Shown: positions 34,353 through 39,109 of the stretch, one piece after another | Position numbering within the stretch: the stretch's first letter is position 1 | Layout: every line of letters begins with the position of its first letter | Source: an uncultured archaeon | GTDB lineage: Archaea > Halobacteriota > Archaeoglobi > Archaeoglobales > Archaeoglobaceae | NCBI GenBank assembly: GCA_964463575.1 | Contig: CAYXCK010000001.1 | Location: forward strand, 8,952 to 48,060 | Length of the DNA: 39,109 nt | Direction of reading: 5' to 3' | The notes under the pieces: model-generated | What the model saw: the letters and a program-made list of their open reading frames with translations, nothing else | The model's database searches: none | Told to the model about the DNA's origin: nothing | Position numbers and translations under genes: made by a program

Positions 34353-34373
34353 TTGCCCTCGCATCCTTAAAGC

Positions 34374-35516
34374 ATGGAAAAACTAATCTCCCAGATCAGG
34401 GATGGAAAGTTCGTCATTGTTTGTGAAGATGATACAAGTTATCTCTGCACCCCCGCAGAACTCGTCAACGCTGAGGGGATAAATTTTATCATGAGAAATT
34501 GCGACGAAATAAGATTATCGCTGCCCTGGAGCCTGATTTCCCTGCTAGGGCTGAACAAGTTCTACTATCTCGACGGAAAGCTGATACCAATAGATCCAAA
34601 GAAGGACAAAATCTCCGCTGAAGATAGGGCAGAATTCATAAAAAGAATAGTAAACTCCAAAATCTCGCTTTCTGAGATAAAAGTACCGGGGAGGATTTTT
34701 GTTGAAGAAACAAAAGAAATGGGCGTCCTTGAAAGGCCTGGAATTGCCGAAGCCTGTTCTGATCTTGCAAAGCTTTCAGGCTTCAAGGCAATCGCCGTTT
34801 ATGCCCCTCTACTAGATCAAAAAGGAGATGTTGCAGATCGAAGTTATTCTGAAGAGTTTGCAGTGAAAAATAGAATGCCCATGATAAGCATAAGAGAGCT
34901 CATCGAATTTAGGCTGAGAAAGGAGAAAATAGTGGAAAAGGTTGTCGAAGCAACTCTGCCGACGAAGTTCTACGGAACATTCAGGGCTATTGGCTACAGA
35001 AGCCCTATGGGCGAAATTCTGGTACTTGTCAAAGGAGATGTTAGCAAAGAAGATGTTCTTGTCAGAATTCATTCCGAATGCTTAACTGGCGACGTTCTTC
35101 ATTCATTACGCTGCGATTGCGGGGAGCAGCTCGAAAGTGCGCTGAAGATGATAGACAAGGAAGGGAGTGGGGTTCTGATATACATGAAGGGGCAGGAAGG
35201 GAGGGGGATCGGGCTCATCAACAAACTCATCGCGTACAAGCTGCAGGAAAATGGTGTTGACACTGTAGATGCGAACATAAGGCTCGGTTTTCCAGCAGAC
35301 ATGAGAAGCTACGGAATTTCCGCCCAGATTTTGATGGATCTCAACGTGAAAAGCGTGAGGCTCCTGACGAACAATCCCCTAAAAATTGAAGAGCTGGCAA
35401 AATACGGCTTCAGAGTGAAAAGAGAAGCTATAGAGGTTGAACCAACTGAGGAGAATCTCGCATATCTAAAGACCAAGAGAGACAAAATGGGACACATGAT
35501 CTGCATAAACGACTGA
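34374..35516 (+). CDS. ribBA: RibBA-type fusion: degenerate DHBP-synthase-like N-domain plus GTP cyclohydrolase II
   Basis: The C-terminal half has canonical GCH II motifs (RIHSECLTGDVLHSLRCDCG, GQEGRGIGLINKL.AY.LQ..G.DTV.AN, LLTNNP.K). The N-terminal half aligns to RibB but lacks RENEGD (has VCEDDTSYLCTPAE) and has IAEA where RibB has HTEA. Confidence 0.85.
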   Translation: MEKLISQIRDGKFVIVCEDDTSYLCTPAELVNAEGINFIMRNCDEIRLSLPWSLISLLGLNKFYYLDGKLIPIDPKKDKISAEDRAEFIKRIVNSKISLSEIKVPGRIFVEETKEMGVLERPGIAEACSDLAKLSGFKAIAVYAPLLDQKGDVADRSYSEEFAVKNRMPMISIRELIEFRLRKEKIVEKVVEATLPTKFYGTFRAIGYRSPMGEILVLVKGDVSKEDVLVRIHSECLTGDVLHSLRCDCGEQLESALKMIDKEGSGVLIYMKGQEGRGIGLINKLIAYKLQENGVDTVDANIRLGFPADMRSYGISAQILMDLNVKSVRLLTNNPLKIEELAKYGFRVKREAIEVEPTEENLAYLKTKRDKMGHMICIND

Positions 35517-35551
35517 GGGAAAAGTTTTTAAATACTATAGCAACTGCAAAT

Positions 35552-35848
35552 ATGGATGTCGAAACCCGAACTTCGATTTTGATGGATGCATTTGAGGAAT
35601 TGAAGAAAAAATGGGAAATCGACGAGAATACCTTGACAGCTAAGGAAGAAAAGGTTGACGTGCTGCCAGAAACAAAGGTAAACGAGCTCCTTCAGCTGAA
35701 GGAAAAATACAAACTTGATGATATCGAATTCCTTTTCCTCGTGGGAGCGGCTGTAGGTTATTATCAGGGTCAGATGAGTGTAAAAAATGTGGTGCTAAAG
35801 AAGCTCGCAACCGTCAACCAGTTTGTCAATTCGCTACTTAAAAAATGA
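35552..35848 (+). CDS. Hypothetical protein (98 aa), translationally coupled to truA
   Basis: ORF with an ATGA overlap onto truA. TATA-like GTTTTTAAATAC about 25 nt upstream. No recognised motif. Confidence 0.5.
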   Translation: MDVETRTSILMDAFEELKKKWEIDENTLTAKEEKVDVLPETKVNELLQLKEKYKLDDIEFLFLVGAAVGYYQGQMSVKNVVLKKLATVNQFVNSLLKK

Positions 35849-36636
35849 AGTATGCGTTCAAGATCGCATACTTTGGCGATAATTTTTTTGGTAGCCAATA
35901 TCAGCCAAACCTTAGGACTGTCGAAGGGGAAATAAGAAGGGCTTTTCAGGAACTGGAAATAAATTCAAAACCTCGATTTGCTGGCAGAACAGATGCTGGC
36001 GTAAGCGCCCTAGGCCAAGTTATATCTTTTGAAAGCGAAAAAGAGATCAGACCAAGGGTTCTGAACTCGGCGCTTCCATCGGACATTACAGCATGGGCAT
36101 ACAAGGAGGTGCCAGAAAACTTCAATCCGAGAAAGGCGAAGAGTAGAATTTACACCTATGTCTTCCCAAACGAGGATTTCGATTTGGAAAAAATGGAAAA
36201 AGCTGTTGCCCTTTTAAGGGGTGTCCACGACTTTTCAAATTTTACGCGCGGATGGAAAGGTGGAAAAAGGGAGATATTCGACGCAAAGCTTCTAATTGAG
36301 GGTGATTTTTTAGTTTTCGAAATAGAGGGCAATGCTTTTACCTGGAACATGGTAAGATGTCTTGCTACTGCATTAAAGCTCGTTGGTCTTGGAAAAACGC
36401 TGGAATGGTTCGAGAAAATGCTCGATCCGCAAAATTTCAGAGAAAGGGTTCCGCCTTCACCGCCGGAGGGATTGATGCTAAAGGATGTAAAATACGGGTT
36501 CGATTTTGAAATCGACGAAATAGGCCTGAAATTGCTCAGAATGAGGATAGAAAAAAGGCTTAAACGCCACGGAACGATTTACAAGCTCTTATCGCTAAAA
36601 CTTAATGCTCTTTATTCCGGAAAAGAGCAGAATTAG
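35845..36636 (+). CDS. truA: tRNA pseudouridine(38-40) synthase TruA/Pus-type
   Basis: 263 aa. Catalytic-Asp motif GRTDAGVSALGQV, plus HDFSNF and F.WNMVR. Confidence 0.9.
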   Translation: MKYAFKIAYFGDNFFGSQYQPNLRTVEGEIRRAFQELEINSKPRFAGRTDAGVSALGQVISFESEKEIRPRVLNSALPSDITAWAYKEVPENFNPRKAKSRIYTYVFPNEDFDLEKMEKAVALLRGVHDFSNFTRGWKGGKREIFDAKLLIEGDFLVFEIEGNAFTWNMVRCLATALKLVGLGKTLEWFEKMLDPQNFRERVPPSPPEGLMLKDVKYGFDFEIDEIGLKLLRMRIEKRLKRHGTIYKLLSLKLNALYSGKEQN

Positions 36637-37506
36637 CGAGACCTTTCTTCCCTGCAATGGGCAGTCGCCATATCTTATATCCATTGAGCTGTTCAGCTTC
36701 TCTATTCTTCCTATAACTTCAAAAATTCCTTCCATTGTTATTTCTTCCTTTGGTCCGGCAAAAAGCACTAGAGAGGATTTTGCCTCCTCCAGCTTCGCCG
36801 AAATGCTCAGATTCTGCAATGAAAGCTCGTAGAGGTCAATCATTCTTCTCGTTCTCAGGGCTTTTAGCTCGCTCTTTTTCATGAAAATCCCGAATGGTAT
36901 CCCCTTTTCCGCAAAACCTATAACCGAAAATCCATCGGATTTCAGGGCATTAAAAACATCTGAAGTGTCCACTACAACTTCCCCGGCCAACTTCTTTTTT
37001 ATATCCACCTCTCCTGCCATTGCTAAAATGTTAAGGGATTTCAAAATCTTCTCCTCAATTCCAACCTTGCCTTCAAAAAGCAGAAGTATATCCAACCTTT
37101 TTCTGATTTTAGTAAGTTTTTTCTTCAATTCCTGAACTTCAACATTTCCCAACGTTGGAATTAGTGCTAAACCAATTATGGGATCCTCAAAAATTTCCCT
37201 TATTCTCTCGCCCAGTTCAACTGTGATTTCAAAGGCATATTCGTCTTCTAGGGAGAACAGAATCAGGCAACCCTCCCATATTTCGTATATTCTGGTTATC
37301 GAGTTTAAAAAGCCAAGAACGGCTTTCCTGCTTGGGATATAGAACTTCCTTTCGTCTCCAATTGCTATTGTTCTTATCTGATTTTCGTCTCCAAGAACTG
37401 CAAAGCACTTAAACAGCGGAACTCCGTTTACCCTAACACCTCTTCTGTACAGGCATTCAGCAATTCTAGCCCCTCTTAAACCAACACCAATGGTTAAAAG
37501 TCTCAT
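36595..37506 (-). CDS. Divergent FtsZ/tubulin-fold paralogue lacking the GTP-binding glycine signature (putative pseudo-GTPase)
   Basis: 303 aa, colinear with Fts[16 protein letters not shown] corresponds to K..V.GVGG.G.N. GCLILFSLEDEYAFEITVELGERI corresponds to MVFIT.G.GGGTGTG..PV.A. VVDTSDVFNALKSDGFSVIGFAE corresponds to N.DFADV..VM...G.A..G.G. SSLVLFAGPKEEITMEG...DIRYG......KVSLILLFSGI corresponds to GVL..I.GG.D..L.E....II.G......I.V.VIATG. ATGA-type 4-nt overlap with the leuB stop. Confidence 0.6.
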   Translation of the reverse strand: MRLLTIGVGLRGARIAECLYRRGVRVNGVPLFKCFAVLGDENQIRTIAIGDERKFYIPSRKAVLGFLNSITRIYEIWEGCLILFSLEDEYAFEITVELGERIREIFEDPIIGLALIPTLGNVEVQELKKKLTKIRKRLDILLLFEGKVGIEEKILKSLNILAMAGEVDIKKKLAGEVVVDTSDVFNALKSDGFSVIGFAEKGIPFGIFMKKSELKALRTRRMIDLYELSLQNLSISAKLEEAKSSLVLFAGPKEEITMEGIFEVIGRIEKLNSSMDIRYGDCPLQGRKVSLILLFSGIKSIKF

Positions 37507-38489
37507 TTCAGCTCCTTCAGAGTCTTTATCACTTCCCTCGTGAATTCGATGGTTTTCAGGTTTCCTCCCAGATCCGGAGTAGTTTTTCCATTCGCAATCG
37601 TCTCTTCAACGGCCATCTCAACTTTTTTTGCCTCATCAATGAATCCCAGATGCCTCAACATCATAGCCGAAGTCAGTATCATCGCGGTAGGATTTGCAAT
37701 ACCTTTGCCCGCTATGTCGAAGGCCGCTCCGTGAACCGGTTCAAATATCGAAACTTTTTCCCCTATGTTCGCCGAAGGGGCAATTCCAAGACCGCCTACC
37801 AATCCCGCTGCAAGATCGCTAACTATGTCCCCGAACATGTTCGTGGTAACGATTACATCGAACCTGAACGGATCCATTACGAGGTACATGCAGGCTGCAT
37901 CGATGTAGTATTCGTTAAAGACTATTTCTCTATATTCCTTTGCAACCCTTCTGCAAGCATCCCTGAAAATTCCGCAAGTCTTCTTCATCACATTTGCCTT
38001 ATGAAGTGCTGTAACCTTCTTTCTACCCTCCTTCCTTGCGAGCTCAAATGCAAATCTTGCAATTCTCTCCGAAGCCCTTTCAGTTATCAGCCTGATCGTA
38101 AAAGCGGATCCATCGCTCTGAAACTCCCAGCCCTTGTAAAGGCATTCGGTATTCTCCCTGACAATTACTATGTCCAGTCCGGGATAGAGGCATTTAACCC
38201 CTCTTATAGCCCTCGCAGGGCGGACGTTTGCGTAGGTTTCCAGTTCCTGTCTAAGCCTAACAATCACATCCGCAGCAGTTTCTCCAGCAGCCCCGAAAAG
38301 GACTGCGTCGCTTTTTTTGCATGCCTCGAGCGTTTCATCCGGAAGCGCTTTTCCGTACTTCTTCAAAGCCTCATCTCCTGCCTCGTAGAATTCAAATTCA
38401 AGCCTTAAATCAAGTTCTCCAAGGACTACAAGTGCTGAATCCATCACTTCTTTCCCTATTCCGTCTCCGGGAATGACTGCGATTCTCAT
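37503..38489 (-). CDS. leuB: 3-isopropylmalate dehydrogenase (beta-decarboxylating dehydrogenase family; homoisocitrate-type specificity not excluded)
   Basis: 328 aa. [28 protein letters not shown] and GG.G.APSANIG motifs. Adjacent to leuD. Confidence 0.8.
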   Translation of the reverse strand: MRIAVIPGDGIGKEVMDSALVVLGELDLRLEFEFYEAGDEALKKYGKALPDETLEACKKSDAVLFGAAGETAADVIVRLRQELETYANVRPARAIRGVKCLYPGLDIVIVRENTECLYKGWEFQSDGSAFTIRLITERASERIARFAFELARKEGRKKVTALHKANVMKKTCGIFRDACRRVAKEYREIVFNEYYIDAACMYLVMDPFRFDVIVTTNMFGDIVSDLAAGLVGGLGIAPSANIGEKVSIFEPVHGAAFDIAGKGIANPTAMILTSAMMLRHLGFIDEAKKVEMAVEETIANGKTTPDLGGNLKTIEFTREVIKTLKELK

Positions 38490-38962
38490 TTCATCATCCT
38501 CCTACAGTATTCTATCAGTCCGAGTCTGGCTATTTCGAGTAGAAAATCCGGCATCGGTTTTATCCTGTATCTCTCCCCTTTAGTCCGGTTCATTATTTCC
38601 CCCGATTTCAAGTCTAATTCTATTTCATCGCCGTCGTCTATTCTGTCAGTTTCCGGACATTCAACAACCATCAGCCCGGCGTTTATCGCATTTCTGAAGA
38701 ATATCCTTGCAAAGGACTTCGCTACAACCGCAGCTATGCCGGCGCCTTTCAATGCGAGAACTGCATGTTCCCTGCTACTTCCGCAGCCAAAATTTCTTCC
38801 GGCAACAACAAAGTCCCCTTTTTTTACATTCTTTGCAAAATCGCTTCTCAAATTTTCAAAAACGTGCCTGGCAAGCTCTTCGGGCTCATTGTAAACGAGA
38901 TATTTGCCCGGAATGATTACATCTGTATCGACATCATCGCCGAACTTCCATGCCCTTCCCAT
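38486..38962 (-). CDS. leuD: 3-isopropylmalate dehydratase small subunit
   Basis: 158 aa. [17 protein letters not shown] and [13 protein letters not shown]. The YLVY-type loop (GKYLVYN) is, as I recall, the isopropylmalate/citramalate-isomerase variant rather than the YLRT homoaconitase variant. No large subunit (leuC) lies in the window. Confidence 0.8.
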   Translation of the reverse strand: MGRAWKFGDDVDTDVIIPGKYLVYNEPEELARHVFENLRSDFAKNVKKGDFVVAGRNFGCGSSREHAVLALKGAGIAAVVAKSFARIFFRNAINAGLMVVECPETDRIDDGDEIELDLKSGEIMNRTKGERYRIKPMPDFLLEIARLGLIEYCRRMMK

Positions 38963-39109
38963 GAGATGAGTTTTCCAACGATTTAAAAATAATCTGACTT
39001 GCTATGCCCGAGTTTTATGAAAATTTAAAAAACTTCCAAGCTGAAAGGGCCGGATTATCACACAACATGGGCGGGATTCAGAATGGCTACGAGCAGCATT
39101 ATCAACAAA

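Noticed and set aside
39067-39109. Possible start of a + strand gene (ATGGGCGGGATTCAG..) about 30 nt downstream of a TATA-like AAAATTTAAAAAAC
   Set aside because: Only 14 codons are visible before the window ends, so it cannot be supported or identified.
1-39109. Search by eye for CRISPR arrays, tRNA/rRNA genes, inteins and defence-system hallmarks
   Set aside because: No regularly spaced direct repeats were seen. No cloverleaf-like GC-rich 70-90-nt segments occur in the short intergenic gaps. gyrB, cdc48, radB and alaS carry no intein-like insertions. No nuclease/helicase/methylase cluster is present.

Overview
Compact archaeal chromosomal segment: about 41 protein genes, well over 90% coding, with many 4-25 nt start/stop overlaps. 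TATA-like boxes sit 20-30 nt upstream of several start codons, which suggests leaderless mRNAs. Gene content points to a sulfate-reducing, F420-using euryarchaeon of the Archaeoglobus type. The pointers are DsrC with both C-terminal cysteines, CofE, siroheme decarboxylase AhbA/B plus SirC, RadB, Pth2, aTrm56, ABCE1, NreA, Cdc48 and a bacterial-type GyrB. This is inference from the encoded proteins, not a database hit. Most of the window is ordinary housekeeping: alaS, purB, pyrE, speE, surE, rpiA, truA, leuB/leuD, ribBA, gyrB, abcE1 and cdc48. I found no rRNA, tRNA, CRISPR array, intact transposase or recognisable defence island. The non-ordinary content is as follows. (i) A three-member family of tnpB-less IS200/IS605-type 3'-end / omega-RNA-like structured repeats occupies three of the four longest non-coding gaps (1-410, 9697-10120, 30476-30730) and carries frame-broken TnpB C-terminal relics. 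(ii) A 436-aa protein built from three tandem ~125-aa repeats (DUF22-like) directly abuts one relic. (iii) An FtsZ/tubulin-fold paralogue has lost its GTP-binding glycine loops and is translationally coupled to leuD-leuB. (iv) nreA and a radical-SAM (SplB-like) gene form an overlapping pair. (v) A class III PHA synthase phaE-phaC pair is present. (vi) RibBA has a degenerate DHBP-synthase half. None of these can be shown to be novel from sequence alone, and I do not see a clear multi-gene undescribed system. The orphan omega-RNA-like family and the FtsZ-like pseudo-GTPase are the best leads.
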